DNA from: Deltaproteobacteria bacterium
GTDB taxonomy: Bacteria; Desulfobacterota; Desulfovibrionia; Desulfovibrionales; Desulfovibrionaceae
DNA: 64,000 nt
NCBI GenBank assembly: GCA_031285295.1
Contig: JAITWK010000025.1
Span: 2,967-66,966, forward strand
Direction of reading: 5' to 3'
Shown here: positions 35,816 through 43,777 of the stretch, one piece after another
How the letters are laid out: the number at the start of each line of letters is the position of its first letter
How positions within the stretch are numbered: the first letter of the stretch is position 1
The notes under the pieces: generated by a model
What the model was told of the DNA's origin: nothing
Databases searched by the model: none
What the model saw: the letters and a program-made list of their open reading frames with translations, nothing else
Program-made: the position numbers and the translations under genes

Positions 35816-35865
35816 ACGGAAAAAGCTACGCCTTCCTTGCCAAACAAAATAACTCAGCGTTTCCC
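35816..35865 (+). repeat. about 45-nt intergenic element, copy R1 (core GCCAAACAAAATAACTCAGCGTTTCC)
   Basis: The 26-nt core at 35839-35864 is 24/26 identical to 39774-39799. It includes CTACGCCTTCCTTGCC (35826-35841), which is related to 29412-29427. Confidence 0.8.
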
Positions 35866-36002
35866 TGTAAATATAGTTGCCGGGTGTGCAAAGCGGCATG
35901 CCTACTAAGTGTGCATAATCCCCCGACCTCTTTCCCGTCCATTTTTCTCCTCAAGTTCGCCTGAATCGCTGTTTTTCTTTATGTGGCAACGAAAAATTCG
36001 GG

Positions 36003-36018
36003 TGGCACAGTAAGTGCT
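36003..36018 (+). promoter_or_regulatory. sigma-54 (-24/-12) promoter of the main T3SS gene train
   Basis: TGGCACagtaaGTGCT with exact GG/GC spacing, 45 nt upstream of ATG 36064. Confidence 0.75.
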
Positions 36019-36063
36019 ATTCGTCACTGTAAACGACACCGAAACCATTCGGGGAGGCAGACA

Positions 36064-36351
36064 ATGACAGAATCTTCCGGGTTTGAAAAAACACTGGCGC
36101 GGCACAAAGAAGACCTCGCACGCATCAAGACGGTTCTTGATACACAGCGTGCCACGCTGGAAAGCATTAAAGCGGAGTTCGACAAACTCGGCATCAATAC
36201 AGCACAGCTCCCCCCCATCGAGCAACTGCCCAAGGAATATCAGGAACAGTTTCTGGGTTTCACACGGGAACTGAGAGAGATTGATGAAATTCTGACTCCC
36301 CCCAGACCCGCAAGCAAACCGATGAAACTCCGCCGCCGGGCGATGATTTAA
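36064..36351 (+). CDS. LcrG/PcrG-like small coiled-coil protein (95 aa)
   Basis: GGGGAGGCAGACA precedes ATG 36064. It has the same length as my recollection of Yersinia LcrG (95 aa) and a similar basic tail (ours ...PRPASKPMKLRRRAMI, LcrG ...KRPRKPTMMRGQII). It sits directly upstream of the LcrH-like chaperone gene. Confidence 0.55.
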   Translation: MTESSGFEKTLARHKEDLARIKTVLDTQRATLESIKAEFDKLGINTAQLPPIEQLPKEYQEQFLGFTRELREIDEILTPPRPASKPMKLRRRAMI

Positions 36352-36361
36352 GGAGAATGGC

Positions 36362-36829
36362 ATGGTTGATACAACATCCGAAGAACGCCTTGCCGCTATC
36401 GTTGCCAAAGTTCTGCGCGGAGAAACCGTTCTGCGTGCCGAACTGGGCATGGATAATAACGATATGGAAGCACTCTATTCCGTTACCTACAACGTCTATA
36501 TGGCCGGAAAATACGATGAGGCCATGCGTTTGTTCGGTGTGCTCAGTCTGCTGGATCCCACCGACTACCGCTTTGTGTTCGGGGGAGCCTCCTGTTTGCA
36601 GATGCTCGGCGAGTACATGATGGCAAGCATGTATTTTCAGCTCGCGGGCGGACTGGATGAAGAAGCACCCGCACCCATGCTGCATACGGCTGAATGCCTG
36701 CTGGCCCTGAAGGACAGGGACGGGGCGAAAACAGCCTTGGCTCTGGTATTGGAACGCGCGGGAGACAAAGCCGAATACGCTCCATTACGCAAAAAAGCCG
36801 AAGTAATGCTGGAGAATGTATCCGCATAG
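36362..36829 (+). CDS. T3SS class II (TPR) translocator chaperone, LcrH/SycD/IpgC family
   Basis: 155 aa. DMEALYSVTYNVYMAGKYDEAMRLFGVLSLLDPTDYRFVFGGASCLQMLGEYMMASMYF is the hallmark TPR chaperone sequence. Confidence 0.88.
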   Translation: MVDTTSEERLAAIVAKVLRGETVLRAELGMDNNDMEALYSVTYNVYMAGKYDEAMRLFGVLSLLDPTDYRFVFGGASCLQMLGEYMMASMYFQLAGGLDEEAPAPMLHTAECLLALKDRDGAKTALALVLERAGDKAEYAPLRKKAEVMLENVSA

Positions 36830-36853
36830 AGCAAATTACGAATGAGGTATGCC

Positions 36854-37888
36854 ATGTCCACTATGAATGTACATTCGAATACTCCCGTGACCGGCACTCA
36901 GGCCGCATTGGCTGAGCAGATAGCTGCCACGACTAAAAATATTCTTGCAAACGATATGGGCGGTGTCGGCGGAACAGGCAGCAGGCCTTTCCTCGGCAAA
37001 CCCTCGCTGCCAGCCCCCACCCTGTCCGCCACATCCATGATGGTTGCCCTGACGGCACTGAATTCCAGGATTGCCGGGGAGAGCATCACTTTCGGCGAGA
37101 GCGCCATTGAAGGTATGCGCAATGACATCAGAGAGCAGGCGGCCAAACGGACGGAGCAGCTCCAGCAGTATTTCGACAACATGAATAAGGTCAACAACAC
37201 CCAAAAATGCGGTCTTTTCGGCGCTATCGGGCTGTTTTTCTCCAACCTCTTCAAAGGCGACCCGATGGCCGGTTTGGAGATCATCAAAAACAACATCGGC
37301 AATATCGTGAAGGATGTTGTCATGATGGGGGCGCTCGCGCTCTCCGCCACCGTCGCCATCGCGGCAACCGTTGCCACGGTGGGGGCAGCTGCACCCAGTA
37401 TCGCCCTTGTAGCCGGAGGAGCCACAATAGTTCTGGCGGCCATGGTTTTTTCCGATCCTGCAATCACAGGTGCCATTACCAACATGATGCCGGAAAACAT
37501 TCGTATGGGTGTTTCCATCGCCATGGCCGTTATCACGGTCATCGCCTCCATAGTGGGCGGCGTCATGATGGCTGTGGGCAGCGGCGGTACCTCCGCTCTC
37601 ACAAATATCAGCGCCGTTGTCAGCTCGATTTCTACCCTTGTCGGCGCGGCCTCGACCCTTGAACAGGGAGTAAAAGGATTCATCCAAAGCGGGTATCAGA
37701 CAGAAAGCATGCTCCAGCAGGCGGAGATGGACAAGACTGACGCCCTGATGGCGGATATCAAATCCGCTCTTGAGCGCAACCAGACAGATCTCAGGGTCAT
37801 CTTCGATGCCTTTGCAAAAATGGTCGAAAGCACGCACGGTCTGATCCAGACTTATGGTCAGAACCTGACCCGCGCGGCAAGCGTTTGA
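36854..37888 (+). CDS. major hydrophobic translocator (YopB/IpaB/EspD-like, SctE class)
   Basis: 344 aa. An N-terminal coiled coil is followed by hydrophobic hairpin segments (CGLFGAIGLFFSNLF, VVMMGALALSATVAIAATVATVGAAAPSIALVAGGATIVLAAMVF, GVSIAMAVITVIASIVGGVMMAV). It follows the class II chaperone gene. Confidence 0.75.
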   Translation: MSTMNVHSNTPVTGTQAALAEQIAATTKNILANDMGGVGGTGSRPFLGKPSLPAPTLSATSMMVALTALNSRIAGESITFGESAIEGMRNDIREQAAKRTEQLQQYFDNMNKVNNTQKCGLFGAIGLFFSNLFKGDPMAGLEIIKNNIGNIVKDVVMMGALALSATVAIAATVATVGAAAPSIALVAGGATIVLAAMVFSDPAITGAITNMMPENIRMGVSIAMAVITVIASIVGGVMMAVGSGGTSALTNISAVVSSISTLVGAASTLEQGVKGFIQSGYQTESMLQQAEMDKTDALMADIKSALERNQTDLRVIFDAFAKMVESTHGLIQTYGQNLTRAASV

Positions 37889-37899
37889 GGAGAATGATC

Positions 37900-38946
37900 A
37901 TGAGCGAAATGCGCATCAACTCCCCCATACCTACCGCCGCCGAATCCATAGCCAGTGATTCCGAGAAGGCTAACGTCCAGAAAAACACGGCAATGGCTGC
38001 CGATCTTGCTGGCGTGAAAGAATCCGTTGTTCCTCTGGCAACACCCAATCTGAGCACCCCCGCAACCAACGCGGAAGTACAGGCCGCGTTGGCTAAACTG
38101 GAAGGCACAGCGCCGGAAATCCAGCAAGCCGTTTCCCAGTGCATCCAGAATATGCAGATACTCTCCCAGAACCAGGCCGGGAATGTATTGAACGCGAAGA
38201 CCCTGGATGGTCTTGTGAATTCCGTAATCACAGCGGCCAAAGAGAACCGTACCGCGCCCTTTTACGAATTGCACGCCTACCTCTCGGACGGGGTGGACGA
38301 TATGATCCGCGCCACGCCGGAAAACGCGCAACTGAAAATCATAGGCGAATCTGCCCATGCTTTGCTGGATCTTTTGCAAAAGCCGGAAGACAGCCGGGAC
38401 ATGGCAAAGACTATCGCCGGACATCTGGAAAAGCTGGCAGATGCCTCCCTGTGCGCAGCAAATGCGTCCGCAGAAGAGAAGTTCGCCGCAGCCTTTGCTG
38501 CCACGCTCCACAATGTGCTCAGTGTGGCTGCTGAGGCAAACCTTCTGGGCGATGCTCAGAAACAGATACTGGCGGATCTGGCCGCAAAACTCCCGCAGCT
38601 TGCAAAATTACAGGATGCCGCTGCCTTCTCCGCCAACGCGTTAGCCATCGCGAACACAGGGCTTTTGATGATTATGGCGAACCAGGTTCAGGCGGAACTC
38701 AATAATCGTATTGAACTTGTTGAAGCGGAAGCGGAACTCGCCGAAACCCTGAAGAAGAAAGAAGCGGCGAGTCGCCGGACAAAAGAAGAAATAACCGAAG
38801 GGCAGATTGAAACCAACAGGGTTCCCACGGAGTCCTCCTCGGTCTTTGTCAGTGCCCTTGGGAAGAGCGGGGATGAAGGATTCAGAATGATTAACGATCT
38901 TATCCTCAAGCATCAGGCGAACAGCGCAAGTCGCGGCCCGGTGTAA
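37900..38946 (+). CDS. secreted-protein candidate (348 aa, helical) inserted between the two translocator genes
   Basis: GAGGAG lies 8 nt upstream of ATG 37900. No signal peptide. Long helical Ala/Leu/Gln-rich sequence with one weakly hydrophobic stretch (ALAIANTGLLMIMANQV) and a charged coiled coil (ELVEAEAELAETLKKKEAASRR). Confidence 0.5.
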   Translation: MSEMRINSPIPTAAESIASDSEKANVQKNTAMAADLAGVKESVVPLATPNLSTPATNAEVQAALAKLEGTAPEIQQAVSQCIQNMQILSQNQAGNVLNAKTLDGLVNSVITAAKENRTAPFYELHAYLSDGVDDMIRATPENAQLKIIGESAHALLDLLQKPEDSRDMAKTIAGHLEKLADASLCAANASAEEKFAAAFAATLHNVLSVAAEANLLGDAQKQILADLAAKLPQLAKLQDAAAFSANALAIANTGLLMIMANQVQAELNNRIELVEAEAELAETLKKKEAASRRTKEEITEGQIETNRVPTESSSVFVSALGKSGDEGFRMINDLILKHQANSASRGPV

Positions 38947-38975
38947 TGATATCATTTTCTCTCAAGGAGATAAGT

Positions 38976-39710
38976 ATGACGACAATAGACGGCATCCAGG
39001 CATCGGCCCAAGTCAATTTTACGGAAGTTACTCCTCTTAACAAAACCAATCTTTTCGCCCACGACGATGCGCTTGGCGTGGGCACAACCAGCGCAGGACT
39101 TACTTCCGGGATGCCAGCGCCCCTGCTGACCTCCAAGCCAGACATGATGAAGGTTATGGCCGCCTTTGAGGATCTGATCATCCTCATGAGCAAACTGGCG
39201 AAAGAAACCCAGTCGGCGGAGCGGGAAAACGAAGTGGCCCTGCTTGCCCAAAAGGTCAACAGCCTGCTGGGATCGGCCAAGGAAAAAGCCGAAGGCGCGC
39301 AGACCATGCGAAACATGGCCATTGTTTCTCTGGCAATCTCCATCATCAACGCCGGAATCACCATTGGGCTCAGCGGCCTTTCCATTGGCGGAATCATGAA
39401 GGGAGAGGTCGGTAAACTGGCAGGGGACAAACTGATGGAAGCCATCAGGGTTTTCAACACTTCTGTAAGCTCGGCCAGTCAGGCGGGTTCTTCCGTTTCC
39501 AGCTTCGTCAACACACTTGGTCAGACGGAAAGCCAGTTCGCTCAGGCCAAGGCCGACGAAATGCAGGCTCAGGCCGAGGAAGCCGGTATGCGGGCACAGA
39601 AGTCCCAGACCATGCAGCAGGATATGCGCGACCTTCTGAACAAGATGGTCGAACTGCTCAACTCTTTTTATGCGGCGCAGGACAAGATCGCCGGAGCCGC
39701 TTCCCATTAG
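38976..39710 (+). CDS. minor hydrophobic translocator (YopD/IpaC/EspB-like, SctB class)
   Basis: 244 aa. AAGGAGATAAGT precedes ATG 38976. A single central TM (MAIVSLAISIINAGITIGLSGLSIGGI) and a C-terminal amphipathic coiled coil. Confidence 0.65.
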   Translation: MTTIDGIQASAQVNFTEVTPLNKTNLFAHDDALGVGTTSAGLTSGMPAPLLTSKPDMMKVMAAFEDLIILMSKLAKETQSAERENEVALLAQKVNSLLGSAKEKAEGAQTMRNMAIVSLAISIINAGITIGLSGLSIGGIMKGEVGKLAGDKLMEAIRVFNTSVSSASQAGSSVSSFVNTLGQTESQFAQAKADEMQAQAEEAGMRAQKSQTMQQDMRDLLNKMVELLNSFYAAQDKIAGAASH

Positions 39711-39754
39711 GAAACGCTGTCTTTTTCCGTTTGGCGGCGTTGCTTGCTTTTTCC

Positions 39755-39800
39755 CTAAAAAACTTCGCGCCTTGCCAAACGAAAAAACTCAGCGTTTCCG
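39755..39800 (+). repeat. about 45-nt intergenic element, copy R2 (core GCCAAACGAAAAAACTCAGCGTTTCC)
   Basis: See R1. In addition, GGAAACGCTG (39710-39719) and CAGCGTTTCC (39790-39799) form a 10-bp inverted repeat bracketing the spacer. Confidence 0.8.
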
Positions 39801-39821
39801 AAAAGAAATAGGAGATAGACC

Positions 39822-40391
39822 ATGACAACCATAGCAGCGCAAACAAGTTATACGCCCCTGTTCAATGCCGATGGAAACGTCACCGGCATCCAGCTTACCG
39901 ATGCTTCAGGGGCGGTACTGGAAACCCGTGAAATTATCGCGCTGAATACCTTAAGCGCGGGTATTGCCGCCGTCAAAGCCCAGGATAATACCCTGGCCAT
40001 GCTCTGGGGCCAGATGGAAGAGCAGACCACAGCTTTGAACGATATCAACGATATTCTGCAAACTCTGGGCAACGAGAAAAAATCCCTTCAGGACGACGCG
40101 GGTAAAACAGGTGCCAGCCTGGATGCTGATACTGTCGCCAAGCTGAAGGAACTTGCCGGGAAGCACGGTCTGCAACTTGGTGACATTGATCTTGGCAAGG
40201 AACTCAGCATCAGCGATCTCGAATCTCTGCAAAGCAATCTGGCCACCACTCAGTCTTCGGTGGGGGCGCTGAACGAGGATATGTCCCTGAAGCTGAACCA
40301 GGCCGCGAGCCAGCGTTCCGCCGTATTCACCCAGTTGCAGACCCTCTTGCAGACCATGATGCAGACGTTACAGCAGCTTTCCAGAGCATAG
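39822..40391 (+). CDS. secreted coiled-coil protein (189 aa), tip/filament candidate (EspA/Bsp22-like role)
   Basis: No signal peptide. Its C-terminal 57 aa are about 42% identical (24/57 by hand alignment) to the C-terminus of the next gene product. The Q/S/N/L-rich heptad termini are typical of polymerising T3SS substrates. Confidence 0.5.
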   Translation: MTTIAAQTSYTPLFNADGNVTGIQLTDASGAVLETREIIALNTLSAGIAAVKAQDNTLAMLWGQMEEQTTALNDINDILQTLGNEKKSLQDDAGKTGASLDADTVAKLKELAGKHGLQLGDIDLGKELSISDLESLQSNLATTQSSVGALNEDMSLKLNQAASQRSAVFTQLQTLLQTMMQTLQQLSRA

Positions 40392-40403
40392 GGAGGATAT
40401 TCC

Positions 40404-41477
40404 ATGTCAATGCAAGTACCCCCGTACACGTCGGCGGACAAGACTATCGCGGCGGACGGCTTTTTCTACGTCTACCAGGGCGAAGGCAAGCCGGAAGTAA
40501 AAATGACCTTCATGTCCCTGATGATAGAACTGGGCCTCTATTCCCTGCAAAACAGCCGGGCCGCCTTCAACAGCCAGTTCCAGCGGGCGCAGGAAAAGGT
40601 TGCATGCATGGAGGAGCTGAACGAACTGCTCCAGCAGGCCAATGCCATCAAGTCCACCTACGATGCCGAAGCCAAGGGGGACGCAACAACGGAAGCCGGG
40701 GATTTTTTTACGAAGCTCGCGGAGTTCAACCGTAAGTATCCCGGTCAGGCCGTGGCGTACAACTTGGATGAGATCGCGGTCGGAACAGTGGATACCACCG
40801 CTCTGGGGGAACAAATAGGCGCGCATGGCAAGGCAAAAAACGAGTACGAGGCTCTGCGGGAAGAGTATCAGACCTATATTTATAATGACTGGCTTGCTGA
40901 TGGAGATCATGGCGCAGCACGGACAAAAGACTTTAAGCAGAGGCTTGCCGAAATAAACGCCAAGTTGGAGGCCGGGGGGCTTAGCGGTCCAGAGACGAGT
41001 CATCTCAATCTTTTGAAACGAGTTCTGGAACTGCGGCTGGATGGCAAGGATTTGCCGGGACATGATCTGACAGCGATGGAAGCCTTGCGGGATGGGGCGG
41101 AGAAAAGCCGCGATGCCGAGGAAACTGCCCAGAACAATCTCACCAACCATCTGGCAGATTACGAAAAAGAGTATGCTCTGTTCAAGGAAGAAGGCAAAAC
41201 GCTGGAAGAATGGAAAGATTTTCTGAGCAACTCCGCAGGCAAGAATGCCTACAAAACCTTTGGCAGCGGTGAATATTTCATCAGCAATCAGGGCCTTCAG
41301 AGCCTGCTAAGCAACATGCAGACCGCCCAGTCCACCCTGAGTAGTGAAAATGAACAACAGAGTATGCGCACCAACCAGGCCATGAACCGTTCCTCAGGCT
41401 TTTTGCAACAGTTGCAGAACATGGTGCAGGCGGCCAAGGAATCGCTCCAGGCGGCGAGCAGGGCAGGGGGTGCCTGA
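40404..41477 (+). CDS. secreted coiled-coil protein (357 aa), needle-tip candidate (LcrV/IpaD-like role), paralogous termini with the 39822 gene
   Basis: GGGAGGATATTCC precedes the ATG. The C-terminus LQSLLSNMQTAQSTLSSENEQQSMRTNQAMNRSSGFLQQLQNMVQAAKESLQAASRA aligns with LESLQSNLATTQSSVGALNEDMSLKLNQAASQRSAVFTQLQTLLQTMMQTLQQLSRA. Confidence 0.5.
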   Translation: MSMQVPPYTSADKTIAADGFFYVYQGEGKPEVKMTFMSLMIELGLYSLQNSRAAFNSQFQRAQEKVACMEELNELLQQANAIKSTYDAEAKGDATTEAGDFFTKLAEFNRKYPGQAVAYNLDEIAVGTVDTTALGEQIGAHGKAKNEYEALREEYQTYIYNDWLADGDHGAARTKDFKQRLAEINAKLEAGGLSGPETSHLNLLKRVLELRLDGKDLPGHDLTAMEALRDGAEKSRDAEETAQNNLTNHLADYEKEYALFKEEGKTLEEWKDFLSNSAGKNAYKTFGSGEYFISNQGLQSLLSNMQTAQSTLSSENEQQSMRTNQAMNRSSGFLQQLQNMVQAAKESLQAASRAGGA

Positions 41478-41926
41478 TGACGGAAACCATGCTTGCCGAA
41501 CTGTGCCGCCGTATGGGGGGACGGTCAGTTCCATCCCCCGACTCCTTTGGCGGCTATGCTTTGCCCTTGTCCGATGGTTTTACCCCGGTCATTACACCGG
41601 GCCGTGATGGCGTGGGTTTTGCAGGAGAGATTCTGGAACTGCCAACTGCTGAACAGGATCGTGAAGCCCTGTGTCGGGAACTCCTGACTCTGTCGCTCGG
41701 CAGGACAGGTCAGGAATGCGAAGGATACCTTCCCCATATCACGGCGGAAGGAAACAAGCTCATCCTGCGGCAGATGTGCGGAGCATTTCTCGCAGTGGAC
41801 GATCTGGAAGCGGCCCTTGAGCGTTTCGTCAACCTGATGGAGAAATGGCGTTCCTTGGCCTTGCGGGAAAAAGGCCGGCAATCCTTCCGCTCAGGCGGGA
41901 GCCTACAGGGGATTATTATACCCTAA
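41477..41926 (+). CDS. T3SS class I chaperone at the yscB position (directly upstream of sctC)
   Basis: 149 aa. LAELCRRMGG...GYALPLSDGFTPVITPGRDGVGFAGEILELP...LCRELLTLSLGR...NKLILRQM...LEAALERFVNLMEKW follows the CesT/YscB-like pattern. Confidence 0.65.
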   Translation: MTETMLAELCRRMGGRSVPSPDSFGGYALPLSDGFTPVITPGRDGVGFAGEILELPTAEQDREALCRELLTLSLGRTGQECEGYLPHITAEGNKLILRQMCGAFLAVDDLEAALERFVNLMEKWRSLALREKGRQSFRSGGSLQGIIIP

Positions 41927-41935
41927 AGGAACTCT

Positions 41936-43777
41936 ATGGTTTTTACATTCTTACGCGCCGTACTCTTTTCGGCGCTACTCGTTTTGTTCATGGCGGCCGC
42001 ACCCGTGCAGGCCGCCCCTTTCGCGTTCACAGCCCAGAACGAACCCATGCCGGATTTCCTGTGTGCCTATGCGAACGCACAACAGAAAATCTGCTCTGTC
42101 AGTTCCGAGATCGGCGGCTCTGTTACTGGCAACCTGGAGTTCCGCACAGAAGACGCCTTTTTTGCCTTTCTTGAGCGCAGCCACGACATTGTGACCTATG
42201 TAGATGCGGAAACAATCTATTATTACGGCCGGTCGCAAATGGAGTCCGCAACGCTTCCTCTCTACCGCGTCAGTGTTTCCCAAATCAGCACGGCCTTGCG
42301 AGAAATGGAAGCCTATGACAGGCGTTATCCCCTGCGGCCAATCAGTAACGGGAAAATGTTGCGGATTACCGCGCCGCCAGCCTACATCGCTATCGTCACC
42401 CAGACCGTCGGCGACCTTGAAGCCAGCTTTACAGCCGCCAAAGGCACCCGTGTTTTTCGCCTGAAACACGCCTGGGCCGATGATATTGAGCTTAACTTCA
42501 TGAACCAGACAGTGAATATTCCCGGAGTGGCAACGCTTATCCGCCGTATCACAGCCGATGGGGGCGATGCCCCCGCTCCGGTCAGCGGCGGAGAGACAGG
42601 CGGTGCTGTAGAACGACTCAAGGGCACTGGCCTTGCGAGCAGAACCGGCACCCAGGAAGCTCCCCAAAGAGCTTCCCCGGCAACCTCCAGAACAGCCGGG
42701 CCGGGGAGCGGTTCACGCAATAATGTAGTCAGCGGCGCACGCATTGTCGCGGATCCGCGCCTCAACGCCGTTATCGTCTGGGATGATGAAGAGCTGATGC
42801 CGCTTTATGAAACTCTCGTGACAGAGCTGGATCAGCCCGTATCTCTCGTGGAGATCCGGGCGGCCATCGTGGATATATCCGTTGAGCGAATGCAGGAACT
42901 CGGTATCGCCTGGGATGTCGCGCGGCCCGTTGCCGGGAGTTCCGGCTTTGGTGCCACGGGCGGAGCCAACGTGGGCGTGGACGATACCGCCGTGGATTTT
43001 GCGAGTAATATGGGCTACGGCCTCAACCTCACCACTTTGTATAGAAACGGACTTGATACTTTTATGGCCAGAGTGCGTGCCCTGGAACAGGACGGAGACG
43101 CCTCCGTGCTCTCCCGTCCGGCTGTGCTGACTCTGGACAATATCCAGGCATCGCTTGAGGTCACCAACACATATTACATTGAGGTTGCCGGGCAGGAAGA
43201 AGTCGATCTTTTTGACGTTACCTATGGAACCATTCTGCGCGTAACGCCACACGTTATCAAAGACGAGGATTCCGGCGCGGTCTCCATCAAGCTTACCGTG
43301 CATGTGGAAGACGGCGGCAGCCAGGCGGCGGCGTCCGGCACTGGCATCAGTTACCCCATTGTCTCCAAAACTCAGGTCAACACTCAGGCACTGGTGGGAG
43401 ACGGTCAGGCGCTAATCGTGGGCGGGCACTACTATGAAACTTCCACAAGCGGCGATAACGGCATTCCCGTTCTCAAAAGCATCCCGCTGCTGGGCGGCCT
43501 GTTCAAAACACAGAGCGATCAATACCGCAAACAGGAACGGCTGTTTATCATCGCTCCCCGGCTGGTGGATCCGGCTAAACTACAGCAGGAGGCGCAGCAG
43601 TACGATGAGTTGTTCGCGCGTACCATGACCACGCAGCCGGTGGTTCGCATCGAGCGCAGCACCGGCGGATGCGCAAGGCAGCGCCGGGTGGCTGTAGAGC
43701 CAGTACCCGTTCCGGCACCAGTATCTGCCCCTTCCGCCGGGCCGCTATCCGGGCCGGGATCCGAGGATATCCAATGA
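41936..43777 (+). CDS. sctC: T3SS outer-membrane secretin
   Basis: 613 aa with a signal peptide. The secretin domain includes ADPRLNAVIVWDDEELMP, SLVEIRAAIVDI, VLSRPAVLTLDNIQASLEV, ILRVTPHVI, VNTQALVGDGQALIVGG and GIPVLKSIPLLGGLFK. Confidence 0.95.
   Translation: MVFTFLRAVLFSALLVLFMAAAPVQAAPFAFTAQNEPMPDFLCAYANAQQKICSVSSEIGGSVTGNLEFRTEDAFFAFLERSHDIVTYVDAETIYYYGRSQMESATLPLYRVSVSQISTALREMEAYDRRYPLRPISNGKMLRITAPPAYIAIVTQTVGDLEASFTAAKGTRVFRLKHAWADDIELNFMNQTVNIPGVATLIRRITADGGDAPAPVSGGETGGAVERLKGTGLASRTGTQEAPQRASPATSRTAGPGSGSRNNVVSGARIVADPRLNAVIVWDDEELMPLYETLVTELDQPVSLVEIRAAIVDISVERMQELGIAWDVARPVAGSSGFGATGGANVGVDDTAVDFASNMGYGLNLTTLYRNGLDTFMARVRALEQDGDASVLSRPAVLTLDNIQASLEVTNTYYIEVAGQEEVDLFDVTYGTILRVTPHVIKDEDSGAVSIKLTVHVEDGGSQAAASGTGISYPIVSKTQVNTQALVGDGQALIVGGHYYETSTSGDNGIPVLKSIPLLGGLFKTQSDQYRKQERLFIIAPRLVDPAKLQQEAQQYDELFARTMTTQPVVRIERSTGGCARQRRVAVEPVPVPAPVSAPSAGPLSGPGSEDIQ

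Noticed and set aside
39731-39748. TTGGCGGCGTTGCTTGCT in the YopD-like/39822 spacer as a fourth sigma-54 promoter.
   Set aside because: The GG-to-GC spacing is off by one in every register (9 or 13 instead of 12). Sigma-54 promoters do not tolerate spacing changes.
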